Shown piece after piece: positions 49,852 to 58,159 of a stretch of 64,000 nucleotides of DNA. A program made the position numbers and the translations under genes. Each line of letters starts with the position of its first letter. The stretch's first letter is position 1. Under the pieces are notes generated by a model. That model did no database searches. It worked only from the letters and a program-made list of their open reading frames with translations, and was not told where the DNA came from. Source of the stretch: an uncultured Faecalibacterium sp. (GTDB lineage Bacteria; Bacillota; Clostridia; Christensenellales; CAG-917); contig CAZBVO010000004.1 of assembly GCA_964495385.1 (NCBI GenBank), positions 20,821-84,820 of the forward strand, given 5' to 3'.

Positions 49852-50748
49852 TCAAAATTGCTTCTTAAACGGCGGAATGAAGCTTTCTTCTGCCGAACCG
49901 AGGTCTTGCGTGAAACCGTCTGTGATGCCAAGCGAAAGCATCTCGGCCGTCGCTTTTTTGTACTCGAGCGGCTTTAAGGTGCGGTTTATTTCGGTATAGG
50001 CCTCGACGTCGACGGGCGTGTACTGTCCCATAAGGCTGAACAATGCTTTTTTGCCGATGTGTTCGGCGTAATATTTTAAGACGTCCGAGGTGTTTTTTAG
50101 GTTCCCCGGCAAAACGAGGTGGCGCACTATGACGCCTTTTTGCATGATGCCGTTTTGGTCAAAGACGGGGCTTCCGACCTGACGTATCATTTCGTCGATG
50201 GCAGGGGCGGCAAAACGGAAATAGTTTTTCGTGCCGGAATATTTGACGGCGATTTCGTCGTCGACGTATTTCAAATCGGGAAGATATATGTCGACAAGCC
50301 CGTCCAAAAGCCTTAAGGTTTCGACGGTTTCGTAGCCGGACGTGTTCCAAACGACGGGAATTTTCGGCTTGTAAATTTTGAGTGCGTTCGCAATAAGGTC
50401 GGCATACGGAGTCGGGGATACGAGGTTGACGTTGTGCGCGCCCGAGTCCTCGATTTGTTTAACGAGGTCGACAAATTGATTTATCGAATAGCGTTTTCCC
50501 ACGGCTTCTCGGCTGATGTCTTTGTTTTGACAGAAAACGCAACGCATGGTGCATCCCGAAAAAAACACCGTACCGCTTCCGTTTGTGCCTGACAGCGGCG
50601 GCTCCTCCCACATGTGCAGATGATGATACGCCACCACAATTTCGTGCGGAACTTTGCATTTGCCGAAAACGCCGTCGGTTCGAGGACTGCGGCAGGCGTT
50701 AGGGCACAAATTGCACTCAAATTCGTTGTTAAAGGTTGCCTTAATCAT
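49852..50748 (-). CDS. radical SAM protein, PflX-like (COG1313 putative activating enzyme)
   Basis: 298 aa with the radical SAM cluster motif CTMRCVFCQN and an extra N-terminal Cys motif CNLCPNAC. Confidence 0.8.
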   Translation of the reverse strand: MIKATFNNEFECNLCPNACRSPRTDGVFGKCKVPHEIVVAYHHLHMWEEPPLSGTNGSGTVFFSGCTMRCVFCQNKDISREAVGKRYSINQFVDLVKQIEDSGAHNVNLVSPTPYADLIANALKIYKPKIPVVWNTSGYETVETLRLLDGLVDIYLPDLKYVDDEIAVKYSGTKNYFRFAAPAIDEMIRQVGSPVFDQNGIMQKGVIVRHLVLPGNLKNTSDVLKYYAEHIGKKALFSLMGQYTPVDVEAYTEINRTLKPLEYKKATAEMLSLGITDGFTQDLGSAEESFIPPFKKQF

Positions 50749-50764
50749 AATTATATATTATAAT
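50736..50764 (+). promoter_or_regulatory. promoter candidate TTGCCT-17-TATAAT for the two membrane protein genes
   Basis: The -35 lies inside the first codons of the divergent radical SAM gene. The -10 at 50759-50764 lies inside a 14-bp palindrome. Confidence 0.5.
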
Positions 50765-50785
50765 ATAATCGTTCGGTTAAATCAA
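50757..50785 (-). promoter_or_regulatory. promoter candidate for the radical SAM gene (TTGATT-17-TATAAT on the minus strand); -10 ends 8 nt before the ATG
   Basis: The reverse complement of 50780-50785 is TTGATT, and that of 50757-50762 is TATAAT. There is no SD before the ATG at 50748. Confidence 0.45.
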
Positions 50786-50806
50786 TAATATTTCGGAGGT
50801 AAAAAC

Positions 50807-51625
50807 TTGAACAGTTTGAAAAAGGCGTTTAATTACGCAAATTCGAAATTATTTTACCTATTGATTTTTTCCCTGTTGCCGGCGGCATTTTGCTCGGCCT
50901 GTTTTCCTATAAGCAAAATCGTCAATTTCGTTTGCCGCTACGACGGAACGCCCGTTATCGGTTTTAAGGACATATTTGCTTTCAGCTCGCACATCCTCGA
51001 CAAGTGGTGGTGGATTCCGTTTGCGATGTTTTTGTTTGCCGTTTTAAGCTTTTGCATGCTGTTCGGAGCCATCGACAGACACATGCGCATAGGGCATTTT
51101 ACGGTAAGTTTCAAAAGCCTCGGCTCGCGCGCAAACTACAATTTTGTTTCGGCAACGCAGTTTGCTTTGCTGGTTACGGTTTGTTTTTTGCTTGACCAAT
51201 TGTTGTTTACCTGTTTTTCGGCGGTGGCAGTCAAACTTTGGACGGGAGTCAGGTTGACGGTTGCGCTTGCGGTTATTGCGTGCATTGCTTTTGTCGGGTT
51301 GGAATTCGGTGTTTCGCTGTTGGTGCTGTGGGTGCCTACCATGATGCACACGGGCCTGAAAAGCGGTGCGGCGTTCGGTCTGAGCGTAAAGCAGCTGGGC
51401 CGAGATTATTGGAGCGTTGCCGGTTCGCTGACTTGCGTTTCGGCGGCAGGCTTGGTGTTTTTCGTTTTAAACGGATTGCTCGAACTTAGGTTGGGCGTTC
51501 TGTTGGATATGGTTTATTACAGCTTTATCGTGGTTTATTATATTGTCGTTTCGTTTACGCTGTTTTTCGAAAAGAACGGAATCGAACGGCTGGACCTCAA
51601 AAAAACGAGCATTTGGGAGAAATAA
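50807..51625 (+). CDS. hypothetical polytopic membrane protein
   Basis: 272-aa ORF with a TTG start 7 nt after GGAGG. It has at least 6 hydrophobic helices. I recognise no family. Confidence 0.55.
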   Translation: MNSLKKAFNYANSKLFYLLIFSLLPAAFCSACFPISKIVNFVCRYDGTPVIGFKDIFAFSSHILDKWWWIPFAMFLFAVLSFCMLFGAIDRHMRIGHFTVSFKSLGSRANYNFVSATQFALLVTVCFLLDQLLFTCFSAVAVKLWTGVRLTVALAVIACIAFVGLEFGVSLLVLWVPTMMHTGLKSGAAFGLSVKQLGRDYWSVAGSLTCVSAAGLVFFVLNGLLELRLGVLLDMVYYSFIVVYYIVVSFTLFFEKNGIERLDLKKTSIWEK

Positions 51626-51628
51626 TTT

Positions 51629-52585
51629 ATGGAATTTAAAAATTCGATTTCCATCATAACCGTTAAGTTCGGTGTTGTTTTTAGGGTTATCGTTTATCTG
51701 GCGTTGGTGGGCCTTATCGTTTTGGGAATTGCGCTTTTGGGCATAAATCCTATCCTCGACGACATCGAAAACAGCGAGGCAATCCGAAGCGGATTCGTCG
51801 ACATCGGAAACGACGTCAGAGACCTCTTGTCCAGTGAGTACAGCGTTAAGGAAGCGTTGGACAACATCAAAGAGGACGCATCGTTGATTATCGGCCTCGT
51901 GAAGGACGAAACCAATGCCTTTGCGAAAATAGCAGGGCTGTCGTTGTTGCTGCTTGCCGTGTCGAGATTCCTCATGGCGTTGTGCTACATACCGCTGGGC
52001 GACATAATGGGGCAATATATGCAGTCGGGGATGAGGTACGACTTTTTCTCAAACTTTGTCAAAAACATCCGCCAGAGCCTCAATTTCAGCTGGGGATATA
52101 CGTTGTTCTCGACGGCGTTGGACGTTTTGGTGCTTGCGATAACGGGAGTGTTTTTGTACCTGACCTTCAGCATTTTCAATATAATTGCTTTGATGATTGC
52201 TTGCATTTTTATCGTTGCAATTGTGTCGCTTAGGTTTACCGTAACCGCAGGAGTCATCCCGTACATCTTGTTCGAAGATTGCGGAAGCAACTTCTTTGTT
52301 GCGCTAAAACGTAGTTTACCATGCGTAAAATCAAACTTAAACGGTTATGTGCGTTGTTTTGCAATGGCCGTGTTGCTGTTTTACGTTTTGAATGCGGCTT
52401 GTGCGATAACAACCGTTTTTATCATAACGATATTAAGTTTGGGCATGTATTTGTTGCTTGCAAGGCTGTTGGAACTTTGTTTCTATTTCAAATTCAAGAA
52501 GATGAAATACTACATCGACGACAACACCGTAGTGGACACCGCGCCGTTTGCCGAGCGTGCCGACCTTGTTGAATTGGACAAATAA
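51629..52585 (+). CDS. hypothetical polytopic membrane protein
   Basis: 318-aa ORF with GGGAG SD. It starts 3 nt after the previous stop. One N-terminal TM is followed by a soluble loop of about 70 aa and at least 5 TM segments. No family recognised. Confidence 0.6.
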   Translation: MEFKNSISIITVKFGVVFRVIVYLALVGLIVLGIALLGINPILDDIENSEAIRSGFVDIGNDVRDLLSSEYSVKEALDNIKEDASLIIGLVKDETNAFAKIAGLSLLLLAVSRFLMALCYIPLGDIMGQYMQSGMRYDFFSNFVKNIRQSLNFSWGYTLFSTALDVLVLAITGVFLYLTFSIFNIIALMIACIFIVAIVSLRFTVTAGVIPYILFEDCGSNFFVALKRSLPCVKSNLNGYVRCFAMAVLLFYVLNAACAITTVFIITILSLGMYLLLARLLELCFYFKFKKMKYYIDDNTVVDTAPFAERADLVELDK

Positions 52586-52693
52586 AAGATTTGTAAGTTT
52601 CAATTTAAAGCCTTTCGGCTTGCACGATAAAAGCTTTTTGCATTCACGGAAAAAGCTTTCGGACTTCAAAATATGAAATTTTAGCACTTAAAA

Positions 52694-52718
52694 ACGCCGC
52701 AAAACGCGGCGTTTTTTT
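52694..52718. terminator. bidirectional terminator between the membrane protein genes and serA
   Basis: ACGCCGC-AAAAC-GCGGCGT, flanked by A5 on the left and T7 on the right. Confidence 0.8.
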
Positions 52719-52734
52719 GACGTTGTTTCGGTTG

Positions 52735-53883
52735 TTATTTTACAACTCTGACTTTGTAAACAAAAGGTATTTTTTCAAATTCGGCCGTGGAAATCGGCTT
52801 ATCGCTGTCAAAGGCGCCCACTGCGGTGCCGGTTTTGCCGACGGTAAATTCGAGAGAAGTGCCTAAGCTTTTGGCAAGTTCGGCGACTTGGGACGTAGCC
52901 GATTGGTCCATAAGCAACAGCAGCCTGTGTTCTTTTGTCGGAGCGGTGGTAAATGCAGGGTAATTGACGCTGTTTTTGACCGTGCCGCACAAAATGTACT
53001 GTTTGATTTGGTCGGCAATCATAAGTGCGCAGTTGTCCTCGGCTTCGACGGTAGATGCGCCGAGGTGCGGCGTTACGATTACGTCCGATCTGTTCAAAAG
53101 CTCGGCTGAGGCAAAGTCGGTGACGTAGCAACACGGCTTTTTGTTTTCGAGAGCGGCGATAAGGTCGGAGTTGTTTACAAGCTCGCCCCTTGCGTTGTTC
53201 AAAAGAACGGAGCTCGTTTTCATAAGGTCCAGCTTGCTTTTTGAAACAAAACCTTGAAGCTCCTTTGAGTAAGGGACGTGCAGGCTGACGTAGTCGGCTT
53301 CGGCAAAAACTTCTTCGGGAGTGGTTTTGAATTTGACCGTTGAAAAGTTTTCTTTTTCAAGCATGGCACTGTCGTAGAAAGTGCGATTCCAAACAACAAC
53401 TTCCATACCCAGCGCAAGAGCGGCGCGTGCGGTAAGTTTTGCGATGGCTCCAAAGCCTATAAGTCCCAAAACTTTGCCCTTAATTTCGGTGCCCTGAAAG
53501 TTCTTTTTGCCTTTTTCGACTGCGGTTTTGATGTCCGCTTGCTCGGACAGTGTTGCTGCCCAGTTTATTGCGGCGGCAACGTGCCTTGCGGACATAAGCA
53601 TGCCCAAGACGGTAAGTTCGGCAACTGCGTTTGCGTTTGCGCCCGGAGTGTTGAACACCACCACGCCTTTTTTGGCGAGCTCGGCGTGCGGTATGTTGTT
53701 TACGCCTGCGCCTGCGCGACCTACTGCCAAAAGTTTGTCGCCGACAGGGTAGTCGTGCATGTCGAAACTGCGCAACAGGAGCACTTCGGGATTGCTTTCG
53801 TCCGGATTATTGACACAGTTGTCGTCAAACATGACATTTATTTTGCTGCTCATGTTGTTTAAGAGTTTGACGGTTGTTTTCAT
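52735..53883 (-). CDS. serA: D-3-phosphoglycerate dehydrogenase
   Basis: 382 aa with the NAD-binding GLIGFGAIA motif and the 2-hydroxyacid dehydrogenase catalytic motifs (NNARG, TPHLGAST). ATGA overlap with the serC stop. Confidence 0.85.
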   Translation of the reverse strand: MKTTVKLLNNMSSKINVMFDDNCVNNPDESNPEVLLLRSFDMHDYPVGDKLLAVGRAGAGVNNIPHAELAKKGVVVFNTPGANANAVAELTVLGMLMSARHVAAAINWAATLSEQADIKTAVEKGKKNFQGTEIKGKVLGLIGFGAIAKLTARAALALGMEVVVWNRTFYDSAMLEKENFSTVKFKTTPEEVFAEADYVSLHVPYSKELQGFVSKSKLDLMKTSSVLLNNARGELVNNSDLIAALENKKPCCYVTDFASAELLNRSDVIVTPHLGASTVEAEDNCALMIADQIKQYILCGTVKNSVNYPAFTTAPTKEHRLLLLMDQSATSQVAELAKSLGTSLEFTVGKTGTAVGAFDSDKPISTAEFEKIPFVYKVRVVK

Positions 53884-54956
53884 TTGTGTTCAACCTCGAA
53901 GCGTTTCATAAATTCCACAAGAGCCGTAACGCCTTCCATCGGCATGCCGTTATAGAGGGATGCTCTGAGGCCGCCCACCAGTTTGTGGCCTTTAAGGCTT
54001 CTGAGCCCTTGCGCTTCCGCCTGTTTGACAAATTCGGCGTCCGTTTCGGCATTAGGGGTTACAAACGGAATGTTTACAAGGCTTCGTGCCTCAACCGCAT
54101 TCGGGCAGGTGTAAAAATCGCTTTGGTCGATAAAATCGTAAAGGATGCCCGATTTTTGTTTGTTGAATTTTTCCATTTCGGAAATTCCGCCAAACTTTTT
54201 GAGGTAGCGCAAATTGAGCATCATGACGTAAATGGCAAACGTCGGCGGCGTATTGTAAAGGCTGTTTTTGGACGCATGCGTCGAATATTTCATCATTGTC
54301 GGGCAGGCGGCCGATTCTTTGCCCAAAAGGTCTCGTTTGACTATAACCACGGTAACGCCGGCGGGGCCGAGGTTCTTTTGTGCGCCTGCAAACAGCAGGC
54401 CGAATTTTGAAACGTCGATGTTTTCGGCGCAGATGTTGCTGCTTGCGTCGCCAACCAGCGGAGCGTTTGGAGTCGGCAAAGCGGTAAAATGAGTGCCGTA
54501 AATGGTGTTGTTGAGGGTTATGTAGGCATAGTCGATGCCGTTGCGGAAGGAAATTTTTTCGACGTCGGGAATGTAGGTGAAGTTTTTGTCTTCCGACGAA
54601 GCGGCCGCAACTACGTCGCCGTAGCGTGCGGCTTCCTTAAACGCTTTTTTCGACCATACGCCCGTAAGAACGTAGTCGGCTTTGCGATTTTCGGTCATAA
54701 GGTTAAGCGGAACTGCCTCGAATTGCGTGCTGCCGCCGCCTTGCATCAAAAGTATATCGTAGTCATCGGGCACGGACATAAGTTCGCGCAAAAGGGCGAT
54801 GCATTCGTTGTGGATTTCGTCGTAGAATTTGCTTCTGTGGCTCATTTCCATGACGCTCATACCGCATCCGTTGTAGTCCAAAAGTTGCTTTTTGACTTCT
54901 TCCAAAACTTCTGTCGGCAGTACGCTCGGGCCGGCAGAATAGTTAAAACATCTCAT
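53880..54956 (-). CDS. serC: phosphoserine aminotransferase
   Basis: The track ORF runs to 55286. The conserved N-terminus MRCFNYSAGPSVLP starts at 54956 with AAGGAG upstream. AGAQKNLGPAGVT carries the PLP lysine motif. Confidence 0.9.
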   Translation of the reverse strand: MRCFNYSAGPSVLPTEVLEEVKKQLLDYNGCGMSVMEMSHRSKFYDEIHNECIALLRELMSVPDDYDILLMQGGGSTQFEAVPLNLMTENRKADYVLTGVWSKKAFKEAARYGDVVAAASSEDKNFTYIPDVEKISFRNGIDYAYITLNNTIYGTHFTALPTPNAPLVGDASSNICAENIDVSKFGLLFAGAQKNLGPAGVTVVIVKRDLLGKESAACPTMMKYSTHASKNSLYNTPPTFAIYVMMLNLRYLKKFGGISEMEKFNKQKSGILYDFIDQSDFYTCPNAVEARSLVNIPFVTPNAETDAEFVKQAEAQGLRSLKGHKLVGGLRASLYNGMPMEGVTALVEFMKRFEVEHK

Positions 54957-54986
54957 AAAAATCTCCTTAAAGTTGATTGTAGTTTT

Positions 54987-55015
54987 ATTATACATAATTT
55001 CGGCGACGATTTCAA
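54987..55015 (-). promoter_or_regulatory. promoter candidate for serC-serA (TTGAAA-17-TATAAT on the minus strand)
   Basis: The reverse complement of 55010-55015 is TTGAAA, and that of 54987-54992 is TATAAT. Confidence 0.6.
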
Positions 55016-55056
55016 TGTATTTTTTAAAATAAAACATATTCGGCCGAAGAATTTTG

Positions 55057-55062
55057 TATAAT
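55057..55062 (+). promoter_or_regulatory. -10 box TATAAT only 5 nt upstream of the nucleotidyltransferase ATG (poor -35)
   Basis: TATAAT at 55057-55062, ATG at 55068, with no SD between them. Confidence 0.35.
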
Positions 55063-55067
55063 TTGGT

Positions 55068-55757
55068 ATGAAAGCAATTGTTTTGGCAGGCGGTTACGGA
55101 AAAAGACTCAGGCCGCTGACCGATGATAAATGTAAACCTATGGTGCTTTTGGGCGAAAAACCTCTGGCATCGTACGTTGTTGAATCGCTTGTCTCGTCGG
55201 GAATAGTCGATTTGATTTTTGCAACGGGCTACCGTGCAGACGACGTCGAAAATTATTTTGGCGACGGAAAAAGATTCGGCGCTCATATAACGTACAGCAG
55301 AGAGAATTCGCCGCTCGGTACGGCAGGCGCGGTAAGAAGACTTAAAGACGTGCTCGGCGACAGGTTTTTGGTTGTGCCTGCCGACGGGTTTTCGGACGTC
55401 GATTTGAAGGCCTTTTCGGAGGTAAAACTAAACGGCTTAGTGGGGGCGCTTGCGGTTTGTGAAAAAGAAGTCACAACCGGTTTGGGAGTGGTTGATTTCG
55501 GCGCCGACGGGCTGTTGTCGGAATTTGTCGAAAAACCGCCGATTTCGACAAAATCGTATGTTAATACGGGCATTTATATGTTTTCAAGCAAGGTTTTTGA
55601 TTATATTCACGATCCCGTTTGCGATTTCGGACGGGACGTTTTGCCGTTGCTTTGCAACAAAATGAAGGTGTACGTTCACAGGGGTTATTGGTCGGACGTC
55701 GGCACCGTCGAGAACCTTATGGCGGCCGAAACGTTTTTGAAAAAAGCAAAAAATTAA
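55068..55757 (+). CDS. sugar-phosphate nucleotidyltransferase (NDP-sugar pyrophosphorylase family)
   Basis: 229 aa with MKAIVLAGGYGKRLRPLT, the canonical G-x-G-x-R-L N-terminus. No SD precedes the ATG. Confidence 0.8.
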   Translation: MKAIVLAGGYGKRLRPLTDDKCKPMVLLGEKPLASYVVESLVSSGIVDLIFATGYRADDVENYFGDGKRFGAHITYSRENSPLGTAGAVRRLKDVLGDRFLVVPADGFSDVDLKAFSEVKLNGLVGALAVCEKEVTTGLGVVDFGADGLLSEFVEKPPISTKSYVNTGIYMFSSKVFDYIHDPVCDFGRDVLPLLCNKMKVYVHRGYWSDVGTVENLMAAETFLKKAKN

Positions 55758-55779
55758 ACTCTCTGCAGTGCAAAATACT

Positions 55780-55802
55780 GCCGCCGTCGGCGGCTTTTTT
55801 TG
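55780..55802 (+). terminator. intrinsic terminator after the nucleotidyltransferase gene
   Basis: GCCGCC-GTC-GGCGGC followed by T7. Confidence 0.75.
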
Positions 55803-55833
55803 TTTTTAAAATTTGCATTTCGGGCTTAAACTG

Positions 55834-55862
55834 TTGTCAAAATCGCAATAATAAGTTATAAT
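55834..55862 (+). promoter_or_regulatory. promoter candidate TTGTCA-17-TATAAT for rnj
   Basis: TTGTCA at 55834-55839, TATAAT at 55857-55862. Confidence 0.6.
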
Positions 55863-55905
55863 CATTACATAATAATTTATCGTGCAGGCCTGCACACGGA
55901 GGAAA

Positions 55906-57567
55906 ATGAGCAAAACCGACAAACTTTTGAAAGTAATGTTTTTTGGCGGTGTCGGCGAAATCGGCAAAAATATGACCGCCTTGGAATTTAGCGATTCGAT
56001 AATCGTCATCGATGCGGGGATGGGGTTTCCTAACGAAGCCACGCCGGGCGTTGACGTTGTCATTCCGGATATCGAATATTTGAAAAATAACATCGAAAAA
56101 GTTAAGGGAATAGTGCTGACGCACGGCCATGAGGACCACGTCGGCGCTTTGCCGTACATTTTGCAAGATCTCCCGTCCGTGCCTGTTTACGGCACTAAAT
56201 TCACTTTGGGAATTGCCGCTCACAAACTGGAAAATCAGCAGATGTCCGTTGACGTTTTGCACGTCGTGGAGGAGAACGGAACCGTTGACGTAGGGCCGTT
56301 TTCGGTGGAATTTATCAAAGTTTGCCACAGTATTGCGGGTGCGGCCGCTTTGTCGATTACGACGCCTGTCGGGGTGGTGTTTTTTACCGGTGATTACAAA
56401 ATGGATTACACCCCTATCGACGGCAAACTGACCAACATTGCACGAATCGAAGAAATAGGCAAAAAGGGCGTTTTGCTTATGCTTGGCGAAAGCACCAACG
56501 TCGAACGTCAAGGCCACAGCAAGTCCGAAAGGCGAGTGGGGCAGAGTTTGGAGCAGGTGTTTGTTACCAACGGTTCTCGCCGCATAATCATTGCGACGTT
56601 TGCGACCAACAACTACCGTGTTCAGCAGATTTTGGACCTTGCCAAAAAGTACGGCCGAAAAGTTTTGCTCAGCGGCAGAAGCATGAAATTTATCACCGAA
56701 CTGGGATTAGAAACGGGCGAACTCCATTTTGATCCGTCGCTGTTGGTTGATGCGCCTACCGCCAAAAAAATGGACGACGGAAAGGTTTTGATTATAAGCA
56801 CAGGAACGCAGGGCGAACCTATGTCGGCGCTTGCAAAGATGAGTCAGGGTGAATTCGACAAAATCATCGTGGGCGAAAACGACACCGTGGTTTTGTCATC
56901 GAGTCCTATTCCGGGCAACGAACGCAGCATTTACACCGTCATCAACAACCTTTACAAAAAGGGTGCCGAGGTTATGTACGAAGCAATGTACGACATTCAC
57001 ACCACGGGGCACGCTTTTCAGGAGGAACTGAAGCTTATGCTTCAACTTGTCAAGCCGAGGTATTTTATCCCGGTGCACGGCGAGTATCGCCACCTCAAAA
57101 AGCATGCGGAATTGGCAAAATCGTTGGGCATTGCTCCGGGCAACGTGCTTATTTGCGAAATCGGCAACGCGGTTGCTTTGAACAAAAAACAGTTTAAGCG
57201 CATCTCCGACGTTCCGTCGGGCAACAGCTTTGTGGACGGCACCACTTTGGGCGAAAACGCAGATGGCATTTTGCGCGACCGCATAAACTTGTCCAAGGAC
57301 GGCATGATTATAGTTGTCGCCACCGTCGAAATGAAATCCGGCCGCATTTTGAACGGCCCTGAAATCATTGCAAGAGGCTTCGATTTCGACGAAGACAAGG
57401 CCGAGGAAACCAGACAGGAGGTTGTCAAAGCCGTTTCTGCGCTCGACTACGAACTCGTCGAGGATTACACCGAAATCAAGGCCGCCGCAAGAAAGGCCGT
57501 CAGACAGCTTCTGAAACAAAAATACAGGCAATATCCTATGATACTTCCTATAATTATCGAGGGCTGA
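55906..57567 (+). CDS. rnj: ribonuclease J
   Basis: The track ORF starts at 55882. The ATG at 55906 follows GGAGG and gives MSKTDKLLKVMFFGGVGEIGKNM. It has the metallo-beta-lactamase motif LTHGHEDHVGA and a beta-CASP region (TGH, HGE.RH). Confidence 0.9.
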   Translation: MSKTDKLLKVMFFGGVGEIGKNMTALEFSDSIIVIDAGMGFPNEATPGVDVVIPDIEYLKNNIEKVKGIVLTHGHEDHVGALPYILQDLPSVPVYGTKFTLGIAAHKLENQQMSVDVLHVVEENGTVDVGPFSVEFIKVCHSIAGAAALSITTPVGVVFFTGDYKMDYTPIDGKLTNIARIEEIGKKGVLLMLGESTNVERQGHSKSERRVGQSLEQVFVTNGSRRIIIATFATNNYRVQQILDLAKKYGRKVLLSGRSMKFITELGLETGELHFDPSLLVDAPTAKKMDDGKVLIISTGTQGEPMSALAKMSQGEFDKIIVGENDTVVLSSSPIPGNERSIYTVINNLYKKGAEVMYEAMYDIHTTGHAFQEELKLMLQLVKPRYFIPVHGEYRHLKKHAELAKSLGIAPGNVLICEIGNAVALNKKQFKRISDVPSGNSFVDGTTLGENADGILRDRINLSKDGMIIVVATVEMKSGRILNGPEIIARGFDFDEDKAEETRQEVVKAVSALDYELVEDYTEIKAAARKAVRQLLKQKYRQYPMILPIIIEG

Positions 57568-57568
57568 C

Positions 57569-58159
57569 ATGTTTGAACAAATTTACGGCTTTCAAAAGGA
57601 ATACGCCGCCCAAAACAAAGTTCCGATAATGTTGGACGACAGCATGTCGTTGTTGCAGACCGTTGTCGCCGCCGCAAAGCCTAAAAAGATTTTGGAAATA
57701 GGCACGGCGATAGGTTACAGCGGACTGAAAATGTTGGAGATGGCCCCCGATGCTCATTTGACCACCGTCGACAAGGATGCAGACAGGCTGGACGTGGCTC
57801 GCGAATGCTTCGAAAAGGCAGGCGTTACGTCTCGGGTTACCGTTTGGGAAGGGGACTCGGACGAGATTGTAAGATATGCCTCGGGCAGTTTCGATTTTGT
57901 TATGTTGGACGGCCCGAAAGGGCAATACGCCAGATATTTTCCGTATTTGGCCGAACTCATAAAACCGGGTGGGGTGTTGTTTGCCGACGACGTTTTGTTT
58001 AAGTGCAAAACGGGCGAGGACTTCAATCCGCTCCACAAGTTGCGCACGATATCCGTGCAACTTAAGGTGTTTTTGGATTTATTACAAAACGACAAACGCT
58101 TCGTGACGTCGCTGGTTCCCGTCGGTGACGGAGTGGCCGTAAGCGTAAAGAAAGGATGA
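57569..58159 (+). CDS. trmR: class I SAM-dependent O-methyltransferase (TrmR/YrrM-like tRNA 5-hydroxyuridine methyltransferase)
   Basis: 196 aa with the SAM motif ILEIGTAIGYS and the family-3 O-methyltransferase pattern. It precedes a U32 peptidase as in the Bacillus yrrMNO cluster. Confidence 0.7.
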   Translation: MFEQIYGFQKEYAAQNKVPIMLDDSMSLLQTVVAAAKPKKILEIGTAIGYSGLKMLEMAPDAHLTTVDKDADRLDVARECFEKAGVTSRVTVWEGDSDEIVRYASGSFDFVMLDGPKGQYARYFPYLAELIKPGGVLFADDVLFKCKTGEDFNPLHKLRTISVQLKVFLDLLQNDKRFVTSLVPVGDGVAVSVKKG

